Of a DNA stretch of 64,000 nt, positions 49,117-59,884 are shown piece by piece. The notes below the pieces were generated by a model that saw only the letters and a list, made by a program, of their open reading frames with translations, made no database searches and was not told the DNA's origin. How positions within the stretch are numbered: position 1 is the stretch's first letter; the number at the start of each line of letters is the position of its first letter. The position numbers and the translations under genes were made by a program. Origin of the DNA: Planctomycetota bacterium (GTDB lineage Bacteria > Planctomycetota > UBA1135 > UBA2386); assembly GCA_947501605.1 (NCBI GenBank), contig CANMWZ010000005.1:1-64000 (forward strand), read 5' to 3'.

Positions 49117-50730
49117 ATGCCCATGCCCTTGCCGCTGTGGTCCCTGAAGCCCGTCCATGCCCCCGGTGTGCCGGCCCGCGTCCCGCTCGACACTGTGCTG
49201 ACCCTCGGGCGCTCGCCGACGAACGGGCTCGCGTTCGACGCCGCTGCGTTCCCGTCTGTGTCGGCCCACCACGCGCGCATCGTGGTCGCGAGCGACGGCA
49301 CGTTGCACGTGGAGGACCTCGGTTCGAGCAACGGCACGTTCGTCAATGACGAGCGCACCGAGCGGGCCTCCCTGCGCGACGGCGATGTGCTGCGGCTCGG
49401 GCTCGACGGGCCGTCGTTCGTGGTCGAGGAACGCGGCGGCAGCGCGGTGACGACGGTGGAGCCGATCGACCTTTCGCGCCAACGGAACCACGCAGACCTG
49501 TCGCAGACCTCGGTGGTGCGGATCAAGCGCGCGCTCGGCGTGCCCGATGGTCAAGACCTCGGCCAGATGGTTGCACGCAGCGAACGCGGCACGCGCCGCG
49601 GCCTCGGCATGGCGATGGGCGCGATGCTGGTCCTCGGGGTCGGTACCGCGGTCGCCGTGCAGGCTTCGAGGCGCGGCAGCGCCGAGAAGTTTTCTTTTGA
49701 ACTCGCGCACCAACTGGCGAATGCGTCGGCGGCGCTGTCGCAGCAACGCGCCGAGTTCGACCAGCGGCACGACACCCTCAAGCTTGAACGCGAAGTGCTG
49801 AAGCAGCAACTCGACCAGTTGGCGGTGCAGGATCAGGGTGCCAAAGTCGACGTCGCGCGGTTGCGCGACGAGCTGACCGCGACCAGCACGCGCCTGCGTT
49901 CCTACGACCCCGTGAACGTCGCGGCGGCCCAGCATGCGAGCATCGGCGCGGTCCAGCGTTCGGTGGTCTTCGTCGACACGCGCGTGCGCTTGCGTCATTC
50001 GGAGTCCAAGAAGTTGCTGCGTCTCACCAAGGAGGATGCGAGCGGGCAGCAGACTGTGACACTCGACGGCGACGGCGATCCGTTCGAACGGATGAGCAGC
50101 GGGTCGGGCTTCTGCATCGACGCAGATGGCCGCATCGTGACCAACGCGCACGTCGTGCAGCCCGACGGCTACGACCACAGCTACCCGTGGGGCGAGAGTG
50201 AGAAGTTGCTGCCCGAACTGGTGCTTGCCGTGGTGTTCTCGGGTACGGACGTGGCGCACTCGGCGAAGCTCGTGCGAACCCTCGAAGGCGGCGAGCACGA
50301 TTTGGCACTGCTGCAGATCGAGCCGTTCGAAGGCATGCCGCGCTTGTCGAACTTCCGCTCTGACGCCGTCGTCCTCGAGGTGGGCACCGACGTTTATCTG
50401 CACGGCTTCCCGCTCGGCAAGGCGGCGATTCAGGACGGCAACCGCGTCTTCGCCTCGAGCTTCCGCGGCATCCTTAGCCGACAGGTCGGTTCGTGGCTGC
50501 AAGTCGATGCCGCCGTGCATCCGGGCAACAGTGGCGGCCCACTGACCGACGCGCACGGTGCGGTGTTGGGCGTCGTGACGCGCGTGCAGCGCATCGATGC
50601 AGGGGCGATCGCCCCAGCCATGGGCTACGTCATCCCGATTGCCAATGTCGCGGCTCTGCTAGCCGAGCCGCAAGCGCCGGCGACGATCAGCCCGGACGGT
50701 GCGGCCGCGACCACCGGCGCGGGGAAGTGA
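49117..50730 (+). CDS. FHA domain + TM + coiled coil + trypsin-like (HtrA-type) serine protease
   Basis: FHA LGRS...VSAHHARI...DLGSSNGTFVN; protease GSGF, TNAHVV, DLALL, HPGNSGGPL. Confidence 0.9.
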   Translation: MPMPLPLWSLKPVHAPGVPARVPLDTVLTLGRSPTNGLAFDAAAFPSVSAHHARIVVASDGTLHVEDLGSSNGTFVNDERTERASLRDGDVLRLGLDGPSFVVEERGGSAVTTVEPIDLSRQRNHADLSQTSVVRIKRALGVPDGQDLGQMVARSERGTRRGLGMAMGAMLVLGVGTAVAVQASRRGSAEKFSFELAHQLANASAALSQQRAEFDQRHDTLKLEREVLKQQLDQLAVQDQGAKVDVARLRDELTATSTRLRSYDPVNVAAAQHASIGAVQRSVVFVDTRVRLRHSESKKLLRLTKEDASGQQTVTLDGDGDPFERMSSGSGFCIDADGRIVTNAHVVQPDGYDHSYPWGESEKLLPELVLAVVFSGTDVAHSAKLVRTLEGGEHDLALLQIEPFEGMPRLSNFRSDAVVLEVGTDVYLHGFPLGKAAIQDGNRVFASSFRGILSRQVGSWLQVDAAVHPGNSGGPLTDAHGAVLGVVTRVQRIDAGAIAPAMGYVIPIANVAALLAEPQAPATISPDGAAATTGAGK

Positions 50731-50833
50731 CGGGCACTGCACTCCTCGCGGGGTGAACGGGGCTCAACAGCCCAGCAATCCCATTGGGTTCGTCGCGTTG
50801 ACCAACTGGCTGTGGTGATCCGCCACGCCGACC

Positions 50834-51481
50834 GTGCTCATGCTGAACCCGCTGTCACCAGACACTGACGACTGCCAAGGTGCTGGCCCCGACGCGGGTT
50901 TCGCGCGCCGTGGAGCGGGGGATCACCCGATCGTTGGGTTGGTGCGTGAGCACGACGTGATCCGCCTCGGCCTCGATGCGATCGCCACCGAGAGCCTGCG
51001 CATACAGCGCAGCTTCGAGGTTCGGCTGGGCTTCTGGATGCCGGCCCTGGAGTGGCTCGAACTGTTCGTCGACCGCGACCACCACGCGCGCGAAGAGGAG
51101 GTCCTGTTCGTGTGGCTGCAAGGCGCCGGAATGCCGATGGACCGCGGCCCGCTGGCGCAGGTGGCGAAGGAGCACGAGAGGGCGCGCGCGGTGCGCGGGC
51201 GCATGGTGCAGGCGGTCGCGATCTACGACGTTCGCGGGCTGGCCGAGGCCGCGCAGGAGTACTCGGATCGATTGCGGCAGCACATGGAGGACGAGGAGCG
51301 GCTGCTGTTTCCGTTGGCGATGGAGTGCCTTGACGCGGTCGCGCTCGGGGAGCTCGTGATCCGCCTCGCCGGACATCGCGATCAGATCGGGGGTGCGATA
51401 CGCGAACGCGCGGATTGGCTTCAGCGGGAGTTGTTGGCGGGCGAGCCGTCGGGCGAGGATGGCGGGCCCGCTGTGCCGTAG
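50834..51481 (+). CDS. hemerythrin/HHE cation-binding domain protein
   Basis: LVREHDVI, HHAREEEVLF, EHERAR, HMEDEERLLFP; start uncertain. Confidence 0.85.
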   Translation: MLMLNPLSPDTDDCQGAGPDAGFARRGAGDHPIVGLVREHDVIRLGLDAIATESLRIQRSFEVRLGFWMPALEWLELFVDRDHHAREEEVLFVWLQGAGMPMDRGPLAQVAKEHERARAVRGRMVQAVAIYDVRGLAEAAQEYSDRLRQHMEDEERLLFPLAMECLDAVALGELVIRLAGHRDQIGGAIRERADWLQRELLAGEPSGEDGGPAVP

Positions 51482-51490
51482 CGGCGACTC

Positions 51491-54400
51491 TTACATGTTG
51501 CGCCGATACTGCCCGCCGACGTCGTACAGCGCCGCCGACATCTGACCGAGCGAGCACACCTTCGCCGCGGTCATCAGCTCCGCGAACACGTTCTTCCCGG
51601 CCAACGCATGTTGCTGCAGAGCCACGAGCGCCGCACTGGCTTCGGCCTCATGCCGCGCCTGGAAGGCCGCCAAGTCGTCGATCTGCGCCTTCTTCTCGTC
51701 CTCGGTCGATCGCATGACCTCGTTGACGATGTGGATCGGCGAGCCAGAGCTCGACAAGAACGTGTTCACGCCGATGACCGGCAGTTCGCCGCTCGCCTTC
51801 TTCTGCTCGTAGTGCATCGACTCTTCTTGGATGCGCGAGCGTTGGTACATCGTCTCCATCGCGCCGAGCACGCCGCCGCGTTCGCTGATGCGCAGGAACT
51901 CGGCGTACACTGCTTCTTCGACCAGGTCGGTCAGCTCTTCGATGACGAAGCTGCCTTGCAGCGGGTTCTCGTTGCGCGCGAGGCCGAGCTCCTTGTTGAT
52001 GATCAACTGGATCGCCATCGCGCGCCGCACCGAGTTCTCGGTCGGCGTCGTGATCGCCTCGTCGTAGGCGTTGGTGTGCAGCGAGTTGCAGTTGTCGTAG
52101 ATCGCGTAGAGCGCCTGCAGCGTCGTCCGGATGTCGTTGAAGTCGATCTCCTGCGCGTGCAGGGAGCGGCCCGACGTCTGGATGTGGTACTTCAGCATCT
52201 GGCTGCGCTCGTTGGCGCCGTACTTGCGCTTCATCGCGCAGGCCCAGATGCGGCGTGCGACGCGCCCGATGACCGAGTACTCCGGGTCGATGCCGTTGCT
52301 GAAGAAGAAGCTCAGGTTGGGCGCGAAGTCATCGATCGCGAGGCCCCGACTCAGGTAGTACTCGACGAACGTGAAGCCGTTGCTCAGCGTGAAGGCGAGC
52401 TGCGTGATCGGGTTCGCACCGGCCTCGGCGATGTGGTAGCCGCTGATCGAGACCGAATAGAAGTTGCGCACCTTGTTGGCGGTGAAGAACTCCTGCACGT
52501 CGCCCATCATGCGCAGGGCGAACTCGGTGCCGAAGATGCAGGTGTTCTGCGCCTGGTCTTCCTTCAGGATGTCGGCCTGCACCGTGCCGCGCACCGTTTG
52601 CAGGGTGTCTTGCGCGATCTTGTCGTAGACAGCTTTCGGGAGCACCTCGTCGCCGGTGACGCCCAAGAGCAGGGTGCCGAGTCCGTCGTTGCCGGTCGGC
52701 AGTTCAAAGCGGTAGCGCGGGCGCGGAAGCGCGCGGAACTTGGCGTCGATCTTGGCCTCGACTTCGGCGCGCAGACCGTGCGCCTCGATGTACCGCTCGC
52801 AGCGCTGATCGATCGCCGCGTTGAGGAAGAACGCGAGCAGCATCGGCGCCGGGCCGTTGATCGTCATCGACACCGACGTCACCGGGTCGCAGAGATCAAA
52901 CCCCGAGTAGAGCCGCTTGGCGTCGTCGAGCGTGCAGATCGACACGCCGGCGTTGCCGATCTTGCCGCGGATGTCCGGGCGCAGTGCTGGGTCTTCGCCG
53001 TAGAGCGTGACCGAGTCGAAGGCCGTCGACAGCCGCTTGTAGGGCTGCCCGTAGGACAGGTAGTGGAAGCGGCGGTTGGTGCGCTCCGGGCCGCCTTCGC
53101 CGGCAAACATGCGCGTCGGGTCTTCGGACACGCGCTTGAACGGATAGACGCCGGCGGTGAACGGGAAGCGGCCCGGTACGTTTTCGATCAGCAGCCAGCG
53201 CAGGCGGTCGCCGTGGCTGCGGTAGCGCGGCAGTGCGACCTTGGGGATGCGGAGGCCGGACAGCGAGGTGGTGTGGTTTGGCACCCGCACTTCGTTGCCG
53301 CGCACCGAGAACACGGTTTCGTCGGCGGCGTAGCTCTTGGCCATGCCGTCGTAGGCGGCGAGCAGTTTCTGGCACTCGACGTCGAGCAGGACGAGTTGCT
53401 GCGAGAAGGCCGCATCGAGTTCGGCTCGCGCTGCGGTTGCCGTTGCCGGCAGCATCGCCGCGGCGGCGCGCAGTTGGTGAACGCGTTCGGCCGTGTCGGC
53501 CTGAGTCTCGGCCCAGGATCGATAGGCGCGGTTTTGCTCGACGATCTCGGCGAGGTAGCGCGTGCGTTCTGCGGGCACGATGCTCGACATGGTCGGCTCG
53601 CCGATGGTGAGCGGCAAAGTGCTTTGCCACGCGCCCGGGCGGATGCGATCGAGCGCGCCGCAAAGCTGCTTGTAGAGCCTGCTCGTGCCCGGATCGGCAA
53701 ACGTCGACGCCATCGTGCCGTAGACCGGCATCGATTCGACCGGCTGGTCGAACGCCTTCTTGTTGCGTTGGTAGGCCTTGCGCACTTCGCGCAGTGCGTC
53801 CCTCGCCCCACGGCGGTCAAACTTGTTGATCGCGACCAGGTCGGCGAAGTCGAGCATGTCGATCTTCTCGAGCTGGCTCTGGGCGCCGAACTCCGGCGTC
53901 ATCACGTAGAGCGACAGGTCGGCGTGCTCGGTGATCTCGGTGTCCGACTGACCGATGCCCGAGCTTTCGAGCACGATCAAGTCAAAGTCCGCGCAGCGCA
54001 ACACGTCGAGGCCATCCTGCACCGAGTCCGACAAGGCGACGTTGGCGCGCCGGGTCGCCATCGAGCGCAAGTAGCAGCGGTCGGAGCGGATCGCATTCAT
54101 GCGAATGCGATCGCCAAGCAGCGCGCCGCCACTGCGTCGCCGCGTCGGGTCGACGCAGAGCACGCCGATGCGCATCTTCGGGAAGTCGAGCAGGAAGCGG
54201 CGCAGGAGTTCGTCGATCAGCGAGCTCTTGCCGGCGCCGCCGGTGCCAGTGATCCCGAGCACTGGGGCCACCCGTGCCAGCTTCGCGCGCCGGGCCTTTA
54301 GCTCTGGTCGATAGCGTTCTCCGTCATGCTCGACCAAGGTGATCGCGCGTGCGATCGCCGCTTGGTTCAGACTGTCGAGCTGCGGCAGTTGCGCATCGGG

Positions 54401-54904
54401 CGCGGCGACGGCGAAGTCGCAGTGCGACAACATGTCATCGACCATGCCCTGCAGCCCAAGCGTGCGGCCGTCGTCGGGCGAGTAGATGCGGGTGACGCCG
54501 TAGGCCTGCAGTTCGGCAATCTCCGCCGGCAGGATCACGCCGCCGCCGCCGCCGAACAGTTGCACGTGTTGGGCAGAGCGCGCGTCCAGCATGTCGCGCA
54601 TGTAGCGGAAGAACTCGTTGTGTCCGCCCTGGTAGGACGTGACTGCGATGCCCTGCGCATCTTCCTGGATGGCCGCGTCGACGATCTCTTGCACCGAACG
54701 GTTGTGACCGAGATGGATCACTTCCGCGCCAGACTGCTGCGCGATGCGGCGGAAGATGTGGATCGAGGCGTCGTGGCCGTCGAACAGCGCCGTCGCGGTG
54801 ATCAGCCGAATCTTGTTGTGAGCCTGAAATGGGCTCGCAGGGATCGGCGTTCCCGACGCAGCGGCATTGGCCGCCGAAGAAGGGTCTTGGGTGCGCGTCG
54901 CCAT
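51491..54904 (-). CDS. icmF: fused isobutyryl-CoA mutase / GTPase
   Basis: N-terminal B12 domain FDGHDASI; GTPase [24 protein letters not shown]; mutase [10 protein letters not shown] (Phe specificity residue); C-terminal GGQYRRNM. Confidence 0.97.
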   Translation of the reverse strand: MATRTQDPSSAANAAASGTPIPASPFQAHNKIRLITATALFDGHDASIHIFRRIAQQSGAEVIHLGHNRSVQEIVDAAIQEDAQGIAVTSYQGGHNEFFRYMRDMLDARSAQHVQLFGGGGGVILPAEIAELQAYGVTRIYSPDDGRTLGLQGMVDDMLSHCDFAVAAPDAQLPQLDSLNQAAIARAITLVEHDGERYRPELKARRAKLARVAPVLGITGTGGAGKSSLIDELLRRFLLDFPKMRIGVLCVDPTRRRSGGALLGDRIRMNAIRSDRCYLRSMATRRANVALSDSVQDGLDVLRCADFDLIVLESSGIGQSDTEITEHADLSLYVMTPEFGAQSQLEKIDMLDFADLVAINKFDRRGARDALREVRKAYQRNKKAFDQPVESMPVYGTMASTFADPGTSRLYKQLCGALDRIRPGAWQSTLPLTIGEPTMSSIVPAERTRYLAEIVEQNRAYRSWAETQADTAERVHQLRAAAAMLPATATAARAELDAAFSQQLVLLDVECQKLLAAYDGMAKSYAADETVFSVRGNEVRVPNHTTSLSGLRIPKVALPRYRSHGDRLRWLLIENVPGRFPFTAGVYPFKRVSEDPTRMFAGEGGPERTNRRFHYLSYGQPYKRLSTAFDSVTLYGEDPALRPDIRGKIGNAGVSICTLDDAKRLYSGFDLCDPVTSVSMTINGPAPMLLAFFLNAAIDQRCERYIEAHGLRAEVEAKIDAKFRALPRPRYRFELPTGNDGLGTLLLGVTGDEVLPKAVYDKIAQDTLQTVRGTVQADILKEDQAQNTCIFGTEFALRMMGDVQEFFTANKVRNFYSVSISGYHIAEAGANPITQLAFTLSNGFTFVEYYLSRGLAIDDFAPNLSFFFSNGIDPEYSVIGRVARRIWACAMKRKYGANERSQMLKYHIQTSGRSLHAQEIDFNDIRTTLQALYAIYDNCNSLHTNAYDEAITTPTENSVRRAMAIQLIINKELGLARNENPLQGSFVIEELTDLVEEAVYAEFLRISERGGVLGAMETMYQRSRIQEESMHYEQKKASGELPVIGVNTFLSSSGSPIHIVNEVMRSTEDEKKAQIDDLAAFQARHEAEASAALVALQQHALAGKNVFAELMTAAKVCSLGQMSAALYDVGGQYRRNM

Positions 54905-55056
54905 GGATCGAGTGGGGAGGAGTTATACCGACGCGTGCGGGGCATCGCCCTGCGACTTGCCGCGCAGTTCGACGCGCCCGCTCTCTTGGTTGCGCACGCA
55001 GGCTCACGGTTGCGCTGCTCGGGCATGAGCTTGCGCTACGTGGGCCTGGGTTCGCG

Positions 55057-55473
55057 CTACTCGGCTGCGGGCTCTTCGACCTCGACGATCGAGAAGTGCT
55101 GGCTCACGATCTTCCAGTCGTTGCCCAGCCTACAGACCGAGAAGGTGCAGCGACCGCCTTGTTCGTGGCCGCGCCCCTCTGGGTCTATCTGCAGCAACTT
55201 CCAGCAGCCGGCGACTGTGGCGAACTGATCCTCGAACACCTGGATGTCGATGTCGCGCAGTTCGAGTTTCACCGACTCGAGGTAACGGAACTCCTGGTCC
55301 AGCACTTCCTCGAAAGCGCCCCAGCCGCGGTCGTGCCGGCCGGACGCATCCAAGTTCTGGAACCGCTTGTCGGTCCAGAAGTGTGAACGGTAGGTCTTCA
55401 GATCGCGGCTGTTGAACGCCTGCCGCATGCTGCGGAAGAAGTCCTCCAGTTCCTTCAAGCTCTCAACGCTCAT
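55057..55473 (-). CDS. NTF2/SnoaL-like (DUF4440) protein
   Basis: AFNSRDL...GW...C-terminal WKIVSQHFS. Confidence 0.82.
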   Translation of the reverse strand: MSVESLKELEDFFRSMRQAFNSRDLKTYRSHFWTDKRFQNLDASGRHDRGWGAFEEVLDQEFRYLESVKLELRDIDIQVFEDQFATVAGCWKLLQIDPEGRGHEQGGRCTFSVCRLGNDWKIVSQHFSIVEVEEPAAE

Positions 55474-55548
55474 GGGGACCATTCGTGCTGTCAGGTGTCC
55501 TTGCGCCAGAACCCACCGTGCCGCAGCGGTGGTGCCTAGCGTCTTGTT

Positions 55549-56922
55549 TCAGCGATGGATACGGCTGTAGAGCGGCTCGTTGGCTAGCTCGTAGACCACC
55601 CTGCCGTTCACGATCGCCACTTCGACGAAGGTCCTATAGTGCATGGGATCACCATCGAGAATCAAGATGTCGGCGTCCTTGCCTGCTTCGAGGGACCCAA
55701 TTCGGTGGTCGACCCCCAGGATCTTGGCCGCGTCCAGAGTCAGAGTCCGGAGCGCCTGGCTCGACGTCATGCCGCCGCGGACGGCGAAGGCCGCGTCGAC
55801 CGTGGGCGTATTCAAGTCCATTCCCAGAAGCCCGTTGGTGCCGACACCCGCGCCACCGAACATGCCGACCGGGCAGGTTACGGCGAGTGGGATACCCGCC
55901 TGATTGCACAGCGCGGCGGAGGCGAGGTTGGAGCCGGTGCGGTCGGGGTCGGCCGGATCCGCGGGTACGCGATCTCGCGGCGACAAGATCACCATCGAGT
56001 CGGTCGCGGCGATTTCGTCGGCGCAGAGCCACGCCGACAGCGGCTTGACCAGGACCACGCCGGTGCCGAGTTCGGCCGCGATCTGCATCGCACTGCGGAT
56101 GGCATCCAGGTCGGATCCAGCCCCGGTGCGACCGCCGCCGAACGGGTTGAAGCCGCCGCCACCGAGCTGGAGCCACAGCTTGGACTTGCCGCTCAGGATG
56201 TCGAGGATCTTCTCGGTGCCGGCCGGCGCCTTTGGCGGCTTGGCAGTCGGGTCCTCAGACTTCTTGGCCAAGAAGTCCTCCTGCGCCCGTCGGTGCTCCT
56301 TGGCTTGCTTGACCAAGTCGCGGAACTTCTCACGCTCGCCGGCCGGAAGCTGCGCGTTCATGCCGAGGACGGTGCCTTCTTGCAGCACCATGTCCTCGAC
56401 CTTGCCCCAGGCGAGTTTGACCACGGCGGCATCGCCGGCGGGGGAATTGCCGCCGCGGGGGGCGCCGGCGAGGAACGACGTCACGCCCGCAGCCAGGCCC
56501 TGCTTGATCTCCGGATCGAACGGGTTGCAGCTGTCGATCCAAGGCGTGCCCCGTCCTTGGCCCATGCCGGCGCCGTAGACACAAACGAAGCCGGGGCAGA
56601 CCGTCTTGCCCTTGGCGTCGATCACGGTCGTGCCTTCTGGCAGCTCGATCTTGTGCCCGACCGCCAGGATCTTGTCGTCGCCGATGAGCACGGTGGCGCC
56701 AGTAATGCGTTGTCCGGTGCCGAGGTAGACATCGCCGCCGGTGATCGCGGTGTGCTTCTTGGGCTTGCCGTCGGTGGCCTGTGGGGCCGCCGGTTGCTCC
56801 GCGGCGGGCGAGCCACCGCCTTCGCCCTGGCCGCCGCGATTGAACCGGCCGCGGCGCTGCGCCGTGAGGTCTGGGCTCAACAGCAGCAGGGCAACGAGAC
56901 TGGCGAGGATCGGGAGTCGCAT
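55549..56922 (-). CDS. secreted amidohydrolase-fold protein (metal ligands lost)
   Basis: Signal peptide; IDAKGKTVCPGFVCVYGA (no HxH); C-terminal GSLEAGKDADILILDGDP. Confidence 0.88.
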   Translation of the reverse strand: MRLPILASLVALLLLSPDLTAQRRGRFNRGGQGEGGGSPAAEQPAAPQATDGKPKKHTAITGGDVYLGTGQRITGATVLIGDDKILAVGHKIELPEGTTVIDAKGKTVCPGFVCVYGAGMGQGRGTPWIDSCNPFDPEIKQGLAAGVTSFLAGAPRGGNSPAGDAAVVKLAWGKVEDMVLQEGTVLGMNAQLPAGEREKFRDLVKQAKEHRRAQEDFLAKKSEDPTAKPPKAPAGTEKILDILSGKSKLWLQLGGGGFNPFGGGRTGAGSDLDAIRSAMQIAAELGTGVVLVKPLSAWLCADEIAATDSMVILSPRDRVPADPADPDRTGSNLASAALCNQAGIPLAVTCPVGMFGGAGVGTNGLLGMDLNTPTVDAAFAVRGGMTSSQALRTLTLDAAKILGVDHRIGSLEAGKDADILILDGDPMHYRTFVEVAIVNGRVVYELANEPLYSRIHR

Positions 56923-56933
56923 GGTCGTAGTCC

Positions 56934-58463
56934 TCAGCGGGCCTGGGTGTCGGATTCGATCTTGCGGCCTTCGAGCCACACCGATCGGAGTTCGCTAGTG
57001 GGGTCGAGCGGATCGCTCGAGAACAGCAGTAGGTTGGCCTTCTTGCCGGCCTCGAGCGTGCCGCATTGGCTCTCGAGTCCGAGTGCCTTGCTCGGCACCA
57101 GGGTCACACCGCGCAGCGCGACGTCGCGCGGCAGTCCGGCGCGCACTTGTTCCATCAGGCGGAAGAACAACGTGCGCACGCGCGCCGGGCTGTCGCCGAG
57201 GACGAAGCCGACTTCGATGCCGGCGTCGTGGAGCGACCGCACCGGGTTCACCACGTAGCGACTGCGTGGGCGGACGCTGAGGTCGGGTGGGACGAGCACG
57301 GCTGCCTTCATCGCCTTCAGTTCGTCGATCACGAGGTCGAATGCGCCAGCCTGCGTGTCGAACGACTCCGTGCAGATCGTGCGCGAGAACGTGAGGTCCT
57401 TGCCACCAGCATGGAGCCAGTGCAGCAGGTCCGCCGCCGAGTTGAGCTGCACGATCGCCTTGTGCTTGCCTTCGATCAGGTCCGCGAGCACCTCGATGTT
57501 GGGGTCCTTCTTGTCTTCTGGCTTTGGCCCCTGCGCCTTGTCCGCTGTCGGTGCGCCCTCGGGCTTCTTGTCGTCGGCCTTCGGCGGCTCTTGCGGCTTG
57601 GGTTGCTCTGGCTTTGGTTGCTCTGGCTTGGGCTGGTCGGGCTTTGGCGGCTCCGGCTTCGGTGGCTCCGGTGGCGGCTGCGGATCGCTGGGCTTCGGCG
57701 CTTCGGCGGGTTTCGCCTCGCCACCTGGTTTGCTGCCGTCGGCGGCTTTGGCTTCCGGCTTCGGCGCTTCCTTCGGTGCCTTGCGCGCTGCCACCGCCTT
57801 GTTGGCCGCTTCGAACCCGTCCTTCAGGGCCTTCTTGACGCGCGCGTCCCGTTGCATGCCGAGGAACACGAACGCGTCGTCGTCGACGACCAGCGCCTCG
57901 AGCGTGGTGCCATCGGGCTTGAGCACCGCGCCAAACCCGGGGAACCCATCGCCTGGTGGTGTCAGCGCCAGCGTGGTGATGCCGGCGCGCAGCAGTTCGC
58001 CGAACACCTCTTGCTTGGGGTCGAGTCGCTCGGCGACCTTGGTTGCGGCGCTGTTTTGCACGCCGCGGGCGCCGCTGTCCGGCGGTGGCGTGCCTTGACC
58101 TCGGCGACCACCTCGACGCGGACCGGCCTCGACCGAAAACGTCGGCGGCGGCGAGACCAAACCGGCGCGGGAGTGCGCGCTGACGAGGCCTGGCATCAGC
58201 GTGCCGCCCTCGCAGTCAACGATGCGCGCGCCGGCGGGCGCGGCAACGTCGGCGCCGACGGCGACGATCTTGCCGTTGCGTACGACGAGCGTGCCGCGCT
58301 CGATGGGGGCGCCGCTGATCGTCAGGATGCGCGCGTTGGTGAACGCGATCGGTCGCACGTCCTGCGCGCGAAGTCCCGCGGCGCATAGGCCGAGCGCCAG
58401 CACAGCCGCGCGCAACGCGAAGCAACGGTTCCGTCGAGGGTTCGTTCGGAGCATCAGGATCAC
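56934..58463 (-). CDS. secreted amidohydrolase-fold protein with Pro/Lys/Glu-rich insert (metal ligands largely lost)
   Basis: GTG 58463 or ATG 58454; PGLVSAHSR; GTLEAGKKANLLLFSSDP. Confidence 0.88.
   Translation of the reverse strand: MILMLRTNPRRNRCFALRAAVLALGLCAAGLRAQDVRPIAFTNARILTISGAPIERGTLVVRNGKIVAVGADVAAPAGARIVDCEGGTLMPGLVSAHSRAGLVSPPPTFSVEAGPRRGGRRGQGTPPPDSGARGVQNSAATKVAERLDPKQEVFGELLRAGITTLALTPPGDGFPGFGAVLKPDGTTLEALVVDDDAFVFLGMQRDARVKKALKDGFEAANKAVAARKAPKEAPKPEAKAADGSKPGGEAKPAEAPKPSDPQPPPEPPKPEPPKPDQPKPEQPKPEQPKPQEPPKADDKKPEGAPTADKAQGPKPEDKKDPNIEVLADLIEGKHKAIVQLNSAADLLHWLHAGGKDLTFSRTICTESFDTQAGAFDLVIDELKAMKAAVLVPPDLSVRPRSRYVVNPVRSLHDAGIEVGFVLGDSPARVRTLFFRLMEQVRAGLPRDVALRGVTLVPSKALGLESQCGTLEAGKKANLLLFSSDPLDPTSELRSVWLEGRKIESDTQAR
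57595..57669. repeat. 5 x 15-bp coding repeat (EPPKP/DQPKP/EQPKP)
   Basis: Units GGCTT(G/T/C)GG... start at 57595, 57610, 57625, 57640, 57655. Confidence 0.8.
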
Positions 58464-59884
58464 CAAGCGGGGCGAGCGGGGTTGCGGCGATAGCAGATCG
58501 TGCCGTTCACGACGAACAGCTTGACGTGACTGCGCGGGTCGAGCGGATCGCCGCTCCACACGCCGAGGTCGGCGTCCTTGCCGACATCGAGGGAACCAAC
58601 GCGATGATCGATGCCGAGAAAGCGCGCGTTGTTGATCGTGAGGGCGCGCAGGCCGACTTCGTGCGGCAGTCCTAGTCGAACCCCCATGGCGGCCTGCAGC
58701 GTGAGCTGTTCTTGCGGCACGACCGGCGAATCGGTGTTGACGCCGATGCCGTCGCGGCCGACGCCTTTCACTTGGTCGCGCCAGCCGTCTTCGCCGTCCC
58801 AATACCAGTCGGCCATCAGGCCGCTGATCTCGTTGTAGCGCGTGTCGAAATGGTAGACGCGCGGGCCAGCGGCGATCGGCAGACCCGCTTCACGCATCTC
58901 CTGGCGCATGCGAAAGGCGTCGAATTCGCCGTGCACCACGACGGTCCAAAGACCGAGCTCGAGGCGCAGTTCCTGCAGCGTCTGCAACACGACCTGGTAG
59001 ATCTGCGTGTGCACCGACAGAGGGAACTCGTGCAGGTAGAGGCCGCGCAGCAGTTCGAGTGTCGGGTCGAACTTCGGCTTCTCGCCCTTGCCCTGCTGGA
59101 ACGCCAGGTAGGCATCGTGGTAGCGCTTGCCGTCGAGCAGCGTCGAACGGATGCCGTCGCTCATGCCCATCATGCCGGCGCCGAGGTCGCCCGAAGCGCG
59201 CTCGGGGTTTCCTGCCTGGGCGATCTTCAAGCTGCCGGGAAAGCGCACCAGCGCCTCGTCCGGGCTCCTGCCCCAAGTCTTCGTCAGGGTGCCGAAGCCG
59301 CCCATGTTCGAACCCGAGCCCGGGATGTAGAGCGCGGTCGAGACGCCGCCCGCGCGGGCCATCTGCATCTGGTCGTGTTCCAGCGTGATCAGGTCGAGGG
59401 TCCGGAACTCGGGGTTGGTCGGATGGACAGTGTCGTTGAGATCAAAGCTGGCGCTGGCGATGTGGCAGTGCGGTTCGATGAACCCAGGCACGAGCCACGC
59501 ATCGCCGCAGTCGACGACTTCGTAGCCGTCGGGCACGGCGATGTCTTTGGCGCGCCCGATCGCTTCGATCACTCCGTTCCTGGTGACCACGACGCCGTTC
59601 TCGATCGGCGGCGCGGTGATGGGCAGCACCTTCTCGGCGAAAAACACGTAGCCCGGGCTCGGTAGGCCCCGTGGGCCCCATTTCGCCACCTGATGCTCGG
59701 CCTCGGTCGCGGGGCGGTTGGGATGCCAGACATCGAGCGAGTTGCCGGTGTCCTTTGGGATCGAGCCCTTGGGAATCGGGTCGCGGCGTTCGGTCGAAGG
59801 CGTCTGTGCCCGCAGCGAGCTGATGGTCAAGGCCGCGATTGCGAACGTGAGGACGACGGCGGATCGGTAGGTCGGACGAGTCAC
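58460..59884 (-). CDS. secreted amidohydrolase with intact metal-binding motifs
   Basis: PGFIEPHCH, LKIA, SVHTQ, VVHGE, NTDSP, GSLDVGKDADL. Confidence 0.92.
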   Translation of the reverse strand: MTRPTYRSAVVLTFAIAALTISSLRAQTPSTERRDPIPKGSIPKDTGNSLDVWHPNRPATEAEHQVAKWGPRGLPSPGYVFFAEKVLPITAPPIENGVVVTRNGVIEAIGRAKDIAVPDGYEVVDCGDAWLVPGFIEPHCHIASASFDLNDTVHPTNPEFRTLDLITLEHDQMQMARAGGVSTALYIPGSGSNMGGFGTLTKTWGRSPDEALVRFPGSLKIAQAGNPERASGDLGAGMMGMSDGIRSTLLDGKRYHDAYLAFQQGKGEKPKFDPTLELLRGLYLHEFPLSVHTQIYQVVLQTLQELRLELGLWTVVVHGEFDAFRMRQEMREAGLPIAAGPRVYHFDTRYNEISGLMADWYWDGEDGWRDQVKGVGRDGIGVNTDSPVVPQEQLTLQAAMGVRLGLPHEVGLRALTINNARFLGIDHRVGSLDVGKDADLGVWSGDPLDPRSHVKLFVVNGTICYRRNPARPAW

